Assembly (NCBI GenBank): GCA_044892505.1
Contig: CM097882.1
Span: 390,166,001-390,230,000, forward strand
From: Schmidtea nova
Taxonomy: Eukaryota
DNA length: 64,000 nt
Reading direction: 5' to 3'
Shown: one piece after another, positions 50,521 to 63,800 of the stretch
Position numbering within the stretch: the stretch's first letter is position 1
Layout of the letters: every line of letters begins with the position of its first letter
The notes under the pieces: model-generated
Seen by the model: the letters and a program-made list of their open reading frames with translations, nothing else
Told to the model about the DNA's origin: nothing
The model's database searches: none
Position numbers and translations under genes: made by a program

Positions 50521-53098
50521 AATGTTTAAAAATTAAAAAAAAGATTTTGGAGTGATCTTTAATCTGCGTTTTGTTTTACTGCGGATTTAAAAATTTTTTT
50601 TTTATTATTTATTTTTTTATTTTAATTTTTTATTTACTTTATTAAAAAATTTATTTTAATATTATTATTTATTAATTTTCTATATTAAACTTAACATTGT
50701 ATTTATTAGTATTTTATAATTAGTTTTTGTTATTGTTGTATTTATTTTTCTTTATAATAATTATTTTTATTAAGTAGTATTAATTTATTAATTTTATTTA
50801 TTATTATAATAATTATTTTACTTACTTACTTTATTTATTTATTTTTAATTTTATTTATTTATTTTAATATTATATTTATTTTATTATTTAATTTAATCAC
50901 TTTATTTATTTTTATACTAATCTTAATATTGTATTTATTTATTCATCCTATTTATTTATTATTATACTTTCATTTTAATTGTTATTATCTTTTTCTTTAT
51001 TATCATTAACCTGTATTGATTATTTATATTTATATATTATTATTTTGTTTATTTTATTTTTTATACAATATTCTTTTATTTTTTTGTTTTTTTATTAAAA
51101 ATATTTTTAAATATTACTCTATTTAAAATATAATTTAATTATCCTATTAATTACATTTTTTTTGTTTTCACTTAGTATTTCTTCTTAGTATTTCCTGTTA
51201 TTATTTTGATATTACCTTCAGTATTTTCTGTTTATTTAAGTATTTTTTTATTAAATTATGTATTTAAATTGATAATATTATTCATTTTATTTTATATTAT
51301 TNNNNNNNNNNNNNNNNNNNNNNNNNNNNNNNNNNNNNNNNNNNNNNNNNNNNNNNNNNNNNNNNNNNNNNNNNNNNNNNNNNNNNNNNNNNNNNNNNNN
51401 NNNNNNNNNNNNNNNNNNNNNNNNNNNNNNNNNNNNNNNNNNNNNNNNNNNNNNNNNNNNNNNNNNNNNNNNNNNNNNNNNNNNNNNNNNNNNNNNNNNN
51501 NNNNNNNNNNNNNNNNNNNNNNNNNNNNNNNNNNNNNNNNNNNNNNNNNNNNNNNNNNNNNNNNNNNNNNNNNNNNNNNNNNNNNNNNNNNNNNNNNNNN
51601 NNNNNNNNNNNNNNNNNNNNNNNNNNNNNNNNNNNNNNNNNNNNNNNNNNNNNNNNNNNNNNNNNNNNNNNNNNNNNNNNNNNNNNNNNNNNNNNNNNNN
51701 NNNNNNNNNNNNNNNNNNNNNNNNNNNNNNNNNNNNNNNNNNNNNNNNNNNNNNNNNNNNNNNNNNNNNNNNNNNNNTTCTTTCGGTTGTTGACAAAATA
51801 AGATGCGGATTTTATAATTTTATATTTAAATGATCATATATCAATTTATTAAGATCTCTATTTTTCATTTTTTTTATTTTCAAAATATGTTAAAAAAGTA
51901 ATGTTTAAAAATATTTTGATCTATAATCTTTATAATAAATAAATATAATAATTTCACAAATAACTAACTTGTAAAGTGAAAAATCTCTTCCCATTCTCTC
52001 GTAAACACAATCAAGAAAAGTTAATAGAATCAGTAAACAATATAAGTGTCAATGAGTGTAAACATATACATTGCCCAATCTAGCAAAAAACAAGTAACAA
52101 ATATAATATCATGTCCAATAATAGAATTCCAAATCTACTTTTAATACAAACAAACTGTATTTTTGAGTTATAATTTTTGTAATTTTCGATCTTAGATATA
52201 GATAATCAAATTGGAAATTAAATTTAACAGAATTTTCTTGTTGAGTTACTTTGCGGGCATTTGATACTGCCGCTAACTTAATGATAATTTTTCCTGTGAA
52301 AAAAATTATTTAACTTTTTATAAAAGGTGGTGCAAGAAATTGTTGGGCTATTAGGTAATTTTCCTAACTGGTGGTTCATGCACACCTTAGTGGTGGATTC
52401 GAGAATATCTAGGGGGGCTAAGTTGTAATTTTACAAATTCACAAATGAACTTAAGCGAAGCTATTGAAATAAAATCTAAAATCTAAAATTTCTTTTTTGT
52501 TAGTAAAATTTATAATTATCCATTAATTTTCCTATTTTCAAGCATAAATAAGCAAAAGCAAGAACAAAAAAAGTCATTTCCCATAAATTTATATTTCAGA
52601 TAAGAATTAATATTTACTATAAATAAATAATAAAACTATTTATGTTTGTTTTTTCAATTTACATAATTAAATAATTTTGGTCAAGGGGTGTGAGAATATT
52701 TTAGTGGTGCCGTTATTAAAAAGGTTAAAAATCACAGCTGTGAATAATACTTATTCCTCATGCTATTAATAACAAATAAAAACCCATTAGAATAACATTT
52801 AGTTTTCTAATATATTTTTACATATTTTGAATCCACTATTTGTTTAAAATCTTTAATTTTATCCTTTATGCTTTAATGGCAGGTAACCCTATGGACAAGA
52901 GCTTATTTGCACAATTGATTCTGGTTCACATATTTACTCTCTTTTTAATAAATCTTTCACTTGAACAGACGTTTTAAAACGATAATCAGATTTGAATCTA
53001 TTAAAACATTAACAAAAATAAAATCTTTACATTTCTTTCTTTCAGCATTTTTTCAATTGTTTTTTTAAAAGAAAATCACATCCTTCAGCATATATATA

Positions 53099-54433
53099 TA
53101 CCGGCCTAACAAAAGTCTACAGTCAGGCAGTTATTTACATTTGCAGTTTTTAATGAACAGCAATGGGAACAAATGTCACAAACACACACAAATACTGAAT
53201 GTCTGTAGTGCTGAGAGAGTTAGTACTTCGTTATATTACCTTTCATCTGGATAACAAAGCGCACTCGTTTAGGCATTGTATCGATTACTTTTCCAGGAAG
53301 TCAGGGGAGATGTGTGATTATTCCTCAAGCAGATGTGTTTCCAGTTCGGATGCGTTACAGGCAATGGCAATCCTTTTGCGAACTCGTCTACCAAGGACGT
53401 TCCACAGAAACTCAATAGGATTGAGATCAGGGGTTTGTGGAACCCAATCCGAAACGTTGATGCTGTGCTGCAGAAAGAATTCCTTCATAAGGTGCGAAGT
53501 ATGGATTGGTGCATTATCCTGTTGGAAAATGAGCCCCTCAATTTCTGGGAGAAAGGAAACAAGCTCATCTTCCAGAATGACACGGTATTCCAACGAAGTC
53601 ATGTGATTGCTGCACTTCACTAGAGGGACAGTTCCACGAGCTGAGAAGAGACTCCAAAACAGGATAGAACCTCCTCCATATTTCACAGTTGGCTGAATGC
53701 AGTCAGGGTGAAATCGTTCTCCTACACGACGCCAGCAAAATTTCTGTCCATAGATTTGAAGAGTGAAACGTGATTCATCACTCCAAATGACTGAGCGCCA
53801 TTGTTCTGTTGCCCAACTCCTTATCTCCCGGCACCACTTCAAGTGACGACGACGAATTGTTTCTGAAATCAAAGGCTTCCTTGCGTAGTACCTGCCATAC
53901 AAACTATGAAAATGTAATGCGCGAAGAATGGTGGACATGCTGGCATGCACAGGTTCAGTGTTAAATGTGGACACTAACTTGGACAGGGGGAACCGACGAT
54001 GAGCCACCACAAGTTGTTTCAGCTGCCATTGTGTACGGATGCTCAGAGGTTTAGGGCGGCCTGAACGTTGCTTGTTGACATATGTCTGCTCCTGGTGGTC
54101 CTTCCTCAAGAAGTAGTTAACAGTTCTTTTGAGATAGCCAGTCGATGCAGCTGTTTCACTCTGACTTTTTCCACAAAGGTACAATCCGTAAATAATGCCT
54201 TTCTGAAAGTCTGTAAGCTCTCTCCGAGGACCCATATGTTTATCTTTCAACAACATGACTCACTGTTATCACTGTTGTGTGTCTGTGGTAAGTAGTCATA
54301 TTCTGTGTGTGAGTGCGTGCGTGTGTACATGCAGCATGTTAAAGGTGTTGGTGAACTTTGTTCCCATTGCTGTTCAAATTTGCACCGCAAACGTTTATTA
54401 TAAATTGCAAAATGTAAATAACTGCCTGACTGG
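53099..54433 (-). mobile_element. Tc1 (DD34E) DNA transposon; right TIR runs into an N gap
   Basis: Inverted repeats CAGTCAGGCAGTTATTTACATTT...AACAGCAATGGGAACAAA at both ends, with a TA run on the left. Confidence 0.92.
53318..54256 (-). CDS. Tc1 transposase, 312 aa; premature stop ~30 codons before the natural end at 53220
   Basis: RSGRP, WSDESRF, FQQDNAPIH and PDLNPIE, with 34 residues between D and E. The downstream frame continues MPKRV..KGNITKY*. Confidence 0.93.
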   Translation of the reverse strand: MLLKDKHMGPRRELTDFQKGIIYGLYLCGKSQSETAASTGYLKRTVNYFLRKDHQEQTYVNKQRSGRPKPLSIRTQWQLKQLVVAHRRFPLSKLVSTFNTEPVHASMSTILRALHFHSLYGRYYARKPLISETIRRRHLKWCREIRSWATEQWRSVIWSDESRFTLQIYGQKFCWRRVGERFHPDCIQPTVKYGGGSILFWSLFSARGTVPLVKCSNHMTSLEYRVILEDELVSFLPEIEGLIFQQDNAPIHTSHLMKEFFLQHSINVSDWVPQTPDLNPIEFLWNVLGRRVRKRIAIACNASELETHLLEE

Positions 54434-54676
54434 ANNNNNNNNNNNNNNNNNNNNNNNNNNNNNNNNNNNNNNNNNNNNNNNNNNNNNNNNNNNNNNNNNN
54501 NNNNNNNNNNNNNNNNNNNNNNNNNNNNNNNNNNNNNNNNNNNNNNNNNNNNNNNNNNNNNNNNNNNTTTGATCTTTTTTTATTATTATTATCAATAATT
54601 CTCATAATGACTATAGATCAAAATTTTTTTTTATAAACAATAACACAATATTTCGGCACAGCCTTTATAGAAATAC

Positions 54677-54709
54677 ACACTTGATAAAGGCTGTGCCGAA
54701 ATATTGTGT
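54677..54709 (+). ncRNA. Penelope-type minimal type I hammerhead ribozyme motif (family 1), within a fold-back at 54605-54747
   Basis: ACAC-TTGATAA-A-GGC-TGT-GCC-GAAA-TA-TT-GTGT: stem I ACAC/GTGT, stem II GGC/GCC, palindromic ATAT stem III. Confidence 0.7.
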
Positions 54710-56056
54710 TATTGTTTATAAAAAAAAATTTTGATCTATAGTCATTANNNNNNNNNNNNNNNNNNNNNNNNNNNNNNNNNNNNNNNNNNNNNNNNNNNNN
54801 NNNNNNNNNNNNNNNNNNNNNNNNNNNNNNNNNNNNNNNNNNNNNNNNNNNNNNNNNNNNNNNNNNNNNNNNNNNNNNNNNNNNNNNNNNNNNNNNNNNN
54901 NNNNNNNNNNNNNNNNNNNNNNNNNNNNNNNNNNNNNNNNNNNNNNNNNNNNNNNNNNNNNNNNNNNNNNNNNNNNNNNNNNNNNNNNNNNNNNNNNTTA
55001 AATAATAATGAATAATAACAAATAATTAACAATAATAATTTATTTCAAAGGGAAAATTTTATCCAAAACAATGTAACGTGAGATTTACATTGATGCAGCA
55101 TATCGTTACGCTTTTCTCTTAGGAATTTCTAATACTACATAAAAAATTATCTTTTTTTCTCAATTGTGTACGATAATTAATCAATTATTTAATTTTAATT
55201 AAAAGTGAAATATTGAAATTTAAATACTTGTATAAATAAATAATAATTAAAAATAACAAATACTTATTAATTATTTATAATAAATAAGTAATATTTGTAA
55301 CCGAAAATTTTATAATACTTATTAGAAATTAAAATTTTATATTTTTAGTTTTAATGAATAAAAAATATTTTGTTTTCATTAATTTATGAAAATTGATTAA
55401 CCATTAAATTTTGCCTTAGCCGATTCGTAAGAATTAGATAATATTTATTTAATATAGTCCCATTTAGTTTAATAATTCCCAATCGCAACTGGAGATATTG
55501 TCATCAATTATTCTAATATATTATACATTTCTAGAGATAAGAGCTTTGACGCGTAAATAACTCACGATATAGATTCGTCCTTCCACTTTATATATTTGTA
55601 AATACAGAAATTATATATTTTTAACAAATTCCAATCAATTATTAATTTTTATTTTATTAATTATTTGTTATAATTTATTATAATTGTTATATTTATTTGT
55701 TATAATTTGTTATTAATTTATTTGTTATAGTTTATTTGTTATAATTTATTATTGTTATGTTTACAAATCACATAATTAAATTTCTTTAGTTAAATTAGAT
55801 AATGAATATTTTAATAAATTATTTCTATACGAGTAGATATAGTTGCTATAAGACGGTAATATTTCATCCTCTTATCGACTGATTAAATTCCTTAAAATGA
55901 TCCACAAAATGATCCGTAAAATATATAGAAAACGGGCATTCTATTTTCATATTTTCTTTTACATTTCAAAAATTATAAATTTTTAGTTTTTTAGACTTTT
56001 TTTATAGACAATTGAAAAAGATTGTTTAATTATTTAAAGAAAAATATGGTCTTTAA

Positions 56057-56375
56057 CCCCTTTCATGTGCGGAACGTAATATTACGTTTTTTAGTAGACT
56101 TTTACATCCCCACGGTGTGATGTTTGTAATAATTTTGTAATAATTTTAGCAGTTTGTTCTTCGAAGGAAGTGGATGGTAGGAAAATCCGTAGAGTCACAA
56201 TACGAGTGTGCTGACTGTAATGTTGGTTTGTGTGCAGCACCTTGCTTTCAATTCTATCACACTATTCGAAAATTCTTTTTTTGTTAAAAAGTTAACAAAA
56301 TAAAAAATTTTGTTTTTTCCAAAAATAACTCCACATTACGCGAAAATTTCGAAAAAAAATTCCACATTAAAGAGG
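56057..56375 (+). mobile_element. Non-autonomous piggyBac retaining the C-terminal Cys-rich domain
   Basis: TTAA TSDs, TIR CCCCTTTCATGTG / CCTCTTTAATGTG and internal SQYECADCNVGLCAAPCFQFYHT. Confidence 0.9.
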
Positions 56376-58168
56376 TTAATTTGGTTTTTAAGAACAATGA
56401 AATTTCTGATATTATAATTTTTTAAAATTTAAAATTATTAATTTAAACAAATAATTTAAACTAGTTGCTGCTTTGAAATATTCACGGAAGTAAAACAAAT
56501 TCCATATTTTAGAAATACTGTGAAAGTTTACAAAAACACAAGATTTAAAAAGATGTTCTAAACCCATTTTTAAAAGGAATAAAATGTATACATGTATTTG
56601 ATATATTTATCGCAAATATTTGTACATTCAATACAAATGCTATTTATAGATTTTGTCATTTATTACCGAGACCTTCATAATAGGCTATAATTCCCTTCTT
56701 TTAATCACATTTTCAGTATGATGGTGATAACTTTGTACTTTTCCTTGTGAATCATTTTTTTAATTTTTAATTATATATTGATTTAAAATAAATAATCTAG
56801 ATTGTTTTAAATTTAAATTACATACGTTTTATGTCTATTAATAATATGCATTGCCGGATATACCTATAGGCTGACTAGGCTACATCCTAGGGTCTCCATT
56901 ATTCAAGGGGCCCCAGAACCGAAATTTGACTTTTAATTGTTTTTATAAAAAATGTTAATTTTTTAAATAATTAAAATTCAATAATGAAATTCATAATTTT
57001 GAAATTTTTACAACTACTCTTTGTAATTTTTAAACAAACTATTATTTTAACAACTAATTCTAAAACAAACAAAAACAGGTATTGAAATACTATTTTTAGA
57101 TTTTTATACATATATTTTATTACTNNNNNNNNNNNNNNNNNNNNNNNNNNNNNNNNNNNNNNNNNNNNNNNNNNNNNNNNNNNNNNNNNNNNNNNNNNNN
57201 NNNNNNNNNNNNNNNNNNNNNNNNNNNNNNNNNNNNNNNNNNNNNNNNNNNNNNNNNNNNNNNNNNNNNNNNNNNNNNNNNNNNNNNAAAATTATGTATT
57301 TTAAGGTGTTATTAGTATGAATTATATAATCAAACAATTATTACTGAAGATAAAATATTTATAAGGACATCAAGACCATATTAGCCTAGGGCCTATACAA
57401 TAGTAAATCCGAATCTAATAATATGATAGCTTTTGAATTTGTTATTTAATCTTATCATAACATTTTTTTGCTAAATATTATTAATCATTATCTTTAATTA
57501 TATAAATTATAATGCATGAATTATAATACATGACAAAAGTTTATTGTGATTATAAAAGATGGTATTTTTTAAAAGAAATTAATAAAATAATAAAAATGGA
57601 GAAGCCGGTTAACTGATTTTTATTTGAAAGAAAAAGGATTTGTAATTAGATATATCGAAATAATCAGAAGCTTAATAATTCCTGACAAAATAATTACCGT
57701 TTTTTAGAATACATTATCAATGAATTTTTAATAGGATGCTAAAATACTAAACCGGCCAGTTTGATTCTATTAATTGTCGATGCTTAATTAAAAAAAAAAT
57801 ATTTATTTTATATTTTTCCCTTCAATGCATTAAAATATTTTTTAATTGTTATATAATAGCACTATTTTGAAATAACACTTAAAAAGGTACTGCTAGAATT
57901 TTGTGTTGAATAGGATAAAAATTTGCGCATTTATTGTCTGAAGAAATTAACAAGTTGACTGTCACGTGTAAGACCTGGGGTAGACATATAGAATCATTTC
58001 GAAAGCATATTGAACTTCAGACGCAAACCAGCTGCGTACCACGCGTCCACGTGGTACATAATGAAAATCGCATTTCGAAGGCGCCCTGTGCACCGCCGGC
58101 TTGCACCCTCTATTACATACCATGACATCGTATAAATTTAGTATTCACCAATATGGCGGCAGACAACG

Positions 58169-59465
58169 TGTTAAAGTAAATTTTAAAAATAATTAAAATC
58201 GAAGAAAGATCAAAAGTGAAGAAAATTATATTTTTTTGAATAATGAAAAGATGCAAGCAAATGAGCAAATGAAATTGACAAAAGGAAAATTAATAAATAT
58301 AGAAAAATCCGATAAAAAATAGTTTCATGGCATCAATGCAAATTATTTCTAGAAATGTAAATTTTATTGATGATTTATTTTATAATGATTTGTTGAGGAT
58401 AGCTAAATAACAAATTTATAAATAAACAAATAAAATTACCTGGGGGAAAATCATCATGATAAAGAAAACGGTCAAAGGGGAACACGAAAAAGGAAACGGA
58501 AATAAAAAGAAATGAAAAATGAGAAGTTGAGAACAAACAAGAGGGATCAAACAAGAAATCAAAAACAAAGGTAATTCCTAATTAATAAGTACAAAAACGC
58601 GAAAGGAATTTTCAAAACGTAAACAAAAACAAGTAGGAAAATAAAATCCTGACAGCTTGTCAGATAACAGGAGTGTGTATAAAAGTCGACTTAAAAAGGA
58701 AAAAAGGGAAATCCAAAATAATCTATACAGCTGTCATAGATAAAACAGGAATTGGGGAAAAACACGAGTTGGCCGAGAATTAAAATGCAAAAAACAAAAT
58801 TATCTCTAGTGTCATAAAATTTGACGAGATATAAAAGTAGAGACACAGCAGAAACAGTCAGAATATTTTAAACCGAATATTGTTAGGAGAATATTTTAAA
58901 CAGAAGTTGTGTGAGACGAGATTATTCGGAATTAGAAGTTGTTAAAGAATTTGTAAGAGACTGAATTTGTTAGAGAAAGAGAAGTTAAGAAAAAGAGAAG
59001 TTAAACTTGAAACAGAAGTGAATTTAAGAATAGAAGTGAAATACGAAAGGAGAAATTTTATATACGAAAAGAAATTTGTTGATTGAATCAGTTGCAGAAA
59101 TAAAGAAATTGTGTTGCAAAGGCAAAGAAAGCTAAGCAGACAAGAAATCAAAAGGTCAAGGAATATTGAGTAAATAATAAAGTCAAAGCGCGGAAACAAT
59201 CGACATCAATTACCAATATTTAATCCAAATCAGTGGTTAGTAGTTGTTGTCTCCTAGACATTATACACGAGCTATTCTTCACGAAGTGTCGTTATAAGCT
59301 CATATAATTGTCGAAAGGGGTATTGAATTGAGCGTGATATTTTGAATCGTGTAAATCATTGTAATAGTCAAATAAAGTTTGTTACTGAAATAGTTATTGG
59401 AGTTCAACTAAAGGCACGCTTTGGAGTCAGATAGTTGATTGGTAACTTTTACCATTTCACCAACA
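58169..59465 (+). mobile_element. Probable ~1.3-kb solo LTR
   Basis: TGTT...AACA ends, purine-rich body, AATAAA at ~59371 and a 3' end shared with 11480-11530. No TSD found. Confidence 0.45.
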
Positions 59466-60829
59466 ACACCAGAACCCAACAGATTGAATGTTTACTAGAT
59501 TAAAAAGTTTATATGGTAAAATTTATTTTGAATATATTTAATGCTCGAAAGGATATAAAGTACAGAAAAAATGGTCCTGGAAAATTTTCGAAATTCCTAA
59601 TAATTTTTTTTTCGAGTAAATAATCATTTTTGTAAATGGGTATATTACCTGTGAGTTTTTATTTTGGTTCGTTATCCCAAATTTTAAGAACTTCAGTTAT
59701 TACTATTTCCATTATATTCTTACACAAAAAAGTATAAATATTTGATATTAACCAAGATAAGTATATTTTTGCTTCAAAAAAAAACGCATTTTCGAAATTT
59801 TTTGATCTATTATCTGAAAAAAATGAAAAATCAATTGTAGACAATAAAAATACAAATGCACCGCACCCAGCCCATATGCAATGACATGTGAATATTTAAT
59901 TAATATATAACGAGTAGGTAGCGTAAAGTTACAGTTTCTGAGGCAGTTGCTCAATGGTTACTATAGTAATTTTACTCTGCTTTTATCTAAATATTTTGTT
60001 TTAATGCGTTAGATATAGTTTTTATTGTAATAAATCACTCGTAATTTCTGGGAATATAATTAAATTAATATTTCAATTATTTCCAACATTATTTGCAAAA
60101 AAAACAAGATTAGTTGAGTAGGTTCTTTTAAATTGAATTCACTTAAAAATATTTCCAATTTGTTTATAAATAAATTGCAAATAAACTTTTCAATGAAAAA
60201 CAACGAAAACTAATTGCAAAGATTTATTAATTTAATTAAGAATTCAGATTAACCAGATTTAATATAATATTTTTTATTTGAGTATAATATTATTATATGT
60301 TCATTGCAAAGGGGGTTGATTGAAAAAAAGGATATTATAAAGTAAATAATTTTCTAAATAATATTTTGTATTTTATATTACCGTTTCGTTTATTAAAAAA
60401 AATACATAAGAAATGGACAGTACAGACCGTCAAAAAGAAGTGATGTACTGCCGAAAGTAGTAATCCTGGTCACCTTATCTTGCATCACTTTTATTTAGTT
60501 TTATTTTAGTCACCCCAAATACAAAGGGTCATGATATATAAAATTAAATTAAAAAACCTTATAAAAACTTTTAAAAGATTATTTAGTGAAATTAACTTGG
60601 ATTTGTTTATATTTAATTTACCTCATAGTGGCTAATGTTGCGATTGTTTCAAGAAGAATCGGTACTAATTTCAGACAAATAAAAAAAGATTTCTACAAAA
60701 TCTTCCAAAGAAAATTACAACAATTTCTCTGTCGGCATATAAAGGGACTCGAGTTATTTTATAAAAATTAAAAATCTGATATTTATTATTTGTTAAAATT
60801 AATGCATCAAAAATCTTTCTTTCAAGTCA

Positions 60830-60972
60830 AATATCAAATCATTGCGTTAGGTTTAGACTTTCCATCTAGTCGACGTGCTGAAGCAGCAGCAGTTTGTCCA
60901 TTAGTAATTCTTGATAGATTTATTTCATTGATTCTATCCGCTGGTCTCTGACTCATTGGAATATACCTGAAC
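60830..60972 (-). other. Possible terminal exon of an unidentified host gene
   Basis: CAG acceptor followed by an open frame YIPMSQRPADRINEINLSRITNGQTAAASARRLDGKSKPNAMI*, GC-richer than the flanks. No homology recognised. Confidence 0.25.
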
Positions 60973-61087
60973 AGTTAAAAGTTGTAACTTACGAATCTTT
61001 TACTGATTTACCCCTTATTTGCTTCTGCTATTTTTTTTATTTTAGTTAAAAAAATTGAAAATTCTATGGCAAAATATTTTTGTTTAA

Positions 61088-61312
61088 CCCTTTGAGGGCT
61101 GAACTATTTTTTCCAACTGTGCAAGATCACATGTGTTTATATTAACCTAAACTAGCTCACAATAAAAATATTACACGAAATGCATAGTATGCATTAAAAT
61201 TACCACATAGGCAACACATTTAACGTCGTGGCTAGTTGAGAAACCCAGTAGGAAGATATAAAACAATTTTTGAAAGAATGGTCTTCTCAGATAACCAGCT
61301 GCCTTGAAAGGG
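61088..61312. mobile_element. piggyBac-type MITE
   Basis: TTAA-CCCTTTGAGGGC ... GCCTTGAAAGGG-TTAG. Confidence 0.7.
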
Positions 61313-62859
61313 TTAGCCTTTGATTTCCTCAACTGGCTTTGAGTACTTTAATAATCTTGCTATTACAGAACATTTTAAAATTAGAATAGTCTCTAAACAA
61401 ATTTTATCAGAATTATCATGTGGAAAGTTTATTTATTTATAATATTCAAGGAATTTAGCAGAGATATTTCTAATGTTCATGATAGAATAAATTATCAACG
61501 ATTTGTAGAGGAATTATACACTGTTTGTGAATTATTTCATTTATTATCTCTGTAAAATTCTACGCCTTTTAAAATATTTTTTTAGATTTCAAAATATCTT
61601 TCATCGGTAGCAGAATAAATTAGTTAATTTGCAAAAAAGGAAAAAGGAAATTTCAAAATTAGAATACTTCCAAAATACGTATTTACTAATAAACTTCAAA
61701 CAAAATAAAAACCATTTAACTAAATATCTAAATTAATTCAATTACTAAACATTGAATATTTAAACAACTAAGCCTTTTCTTCAAAATCTGAAATATTAAT
61801 TAAATATTAAAACTCACTATTGTTCCAACAAAAAAGAAATACAAAATTTTTTACATTGTTTTTTTTGTTTTTTTCTGTTCCAGAACATCTTTTTTTATTT
61901 CGAATTAATTCTAATATATAAGCTGGCCAGACTCATACGCCAGAATCGTTTCAATGCTTTTAATGTGCATTATTATACTTCTCGCTCATGAATGCGATCT
62001 TAGCGGTGTATTAGGCACATTACCGAAAGACCGTAAACCGAAAGAGGTCAGAAAAAAATCCGCAAAAGTTTGGATCGATCCCAGGTGTGTTCGAAAGACT
62101 GTGACAACCAAATCTAAAATAGAACTTTACATTTTATCACAGAATATTTAATTTTTACAAATATTAAAAAGCTATTCGTGTTGCATTTGCTTGAAAATTA
62201 CTGATAAATCTTCAAAATAAATCAATGTTGTTGCGTTTTATTCAATATGAGCAACAAGCTATTATTCACGGTTCTAATTATTTAGTTTAAAATGAAAGAA
62301 AATATCAAAAGCAAAAGTTTAAAAAGCAAAAACATTCTTACAAATATTGTATAAATTAAAAAGAAATAAATTGTCTATGAATATAATAACGTAAATTTGC
62401 AATATAATTAAAACAGGGCGAGACCATAAACAGACAGGTAGTCGAATGTATTTTATAAATGGGATACATATATTCCACCTCACATCCATTATGCATTATT
62501 GTGCTTCATATCACATTAATTACTGAAATTAAGGTTTATTTTTGATTAATTTATAAAGATAAATTTTATTTTTTCATAAATATCTTTTTGATTTATAATA
62601 TTATTTAAAAATATATTATAACATTATATATAATCCTATACTTTATAGTGGCTAAATATATGTTATAAGATTTTTAAAGNNNNNNNNNNNNNNNNNNNNN
62701 NNNNNNNNNNNNNNNNNNNNNNNNNNNNNNNNNNNNNNNNNNNNNNNNNNNNNNNNNNNNNNNNNNNNNNNNNNNNNNNNNNNNNNNNNNNNNNNNNNNN
62801 NNNNNNNNNNNNTTGTCAAAATATTAAAAGAGATATTAATAGCTACACTATCAAAATTA

Positions 62860-63420
62860 TTCATTTAAATACACTTGGAAAAATATCAAAGACATCACAT
62901 TCTAAACATTTCCCTGTGTATAACTCCCGTAAATCATTTATTAATGGTCAATCTTTAGAATCAGTTTTCTGAACTAGTGGTTTAAATTTTAAACGAAGAT
63001 AATATGCCATAAAATTAAAAATAACTCCTTGGTCAATGGGTTATAAGAGCTATGTTACATTTGGGGGCCTTAATACAATTTTCAGAGGTATAGATGCATT
63101 AATTTCCATATCAACTGGTTGGCCATGTACATTATCAAGAAAAAGCAAAGCTCTAGAATCCCATTAGCTTTTTCGCAATACCTTTTCACTTCTGGACAAA
63201 ATCAGTTTGAGGTACCCTTGCCTTTTTGTTGCTTCTCCTGACATTGGTAAATAGGTAATTTTTCTAAGTGTTTCAGAATGATAAACAACCAACGACTTAA
63301 GTTTGAAATCACTAATAGCGTTTCAACAAATTAATTTTGTAAGTCGATCTGGCAATTTTAAAACTGAAATCTTATATTTCATCTTTGGTGATGAACATAC
63401 GTTTAGACATGAGCTTCCAG
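62860..63420 (-). pseudogene. pogo/Tigger (DDE_1) transposase relic
   Basis: FKLKSLVVYHSE, RALLFLDNVHGQP, PPNVT and PIDQGVI..YYLR. Confidence 0.85.
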
Positions 63421-63695
63421 AACAAAGCGGTTTTTTCCACATGAAAAATTATATGAGGTGTAAATTTTCCGAAATTTAATATATTTGAATATATAAGGAA
63501 ATGTTTCATAAGCTTATAGATTAACAGATGATTTTTCGTAGTAATTTGAAGACTATGAAGATTTGATCTATGCTTAAACCTGTCATACCCCTTGACTTGC
63601 AGTAAATGTTTCCTTTGTCAAATTTTCACATTCTTCAATTTTTATTTTTTCATATATATTTTTAGTCTTGGCATTAAAAATTATTTGAATTAGAG

Positions 63696-63800
63696 CAGGA
63701 GTGTCAAACCTTTCAGCTTCTCTGGGCCACATTGGAAGAAGACGAGTCATATTGGGCCACACATAAAATATTCTAACCCTAAAGATAGCTGATAAATAAA
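63696..63800 (+). mobile_element. hAT/Charlie-type 5' end (MER30-like)
   Basis: CAGGAGTGTCAAACC...CTGGGCCACATTGGAAGAAGA...TTGGGCCACACATAAAATA..CTAAC..TAA.GATAGCTGAT, preceded by a TTAGAG Charlie-like target site. Confidence 0.65.

Noticed and set aside
53199-53623. Plus-strand ORFs of 135 and 96 aa
   Set aside because: Antisense shadows of the Tc1 transposase.
61920-62150. GC-richer island or 65-aa ORF as a gene
   Set aside because: No motif recognised and no consistent splice-supported frame.
44086-62864. ORF-track entries containing runs of X, and low-complexity Ile/Phe/Leu/Asn ORFs
   Set aside because: They span N gaps or AT-rich and microsatellite sequence, with no coding signal.
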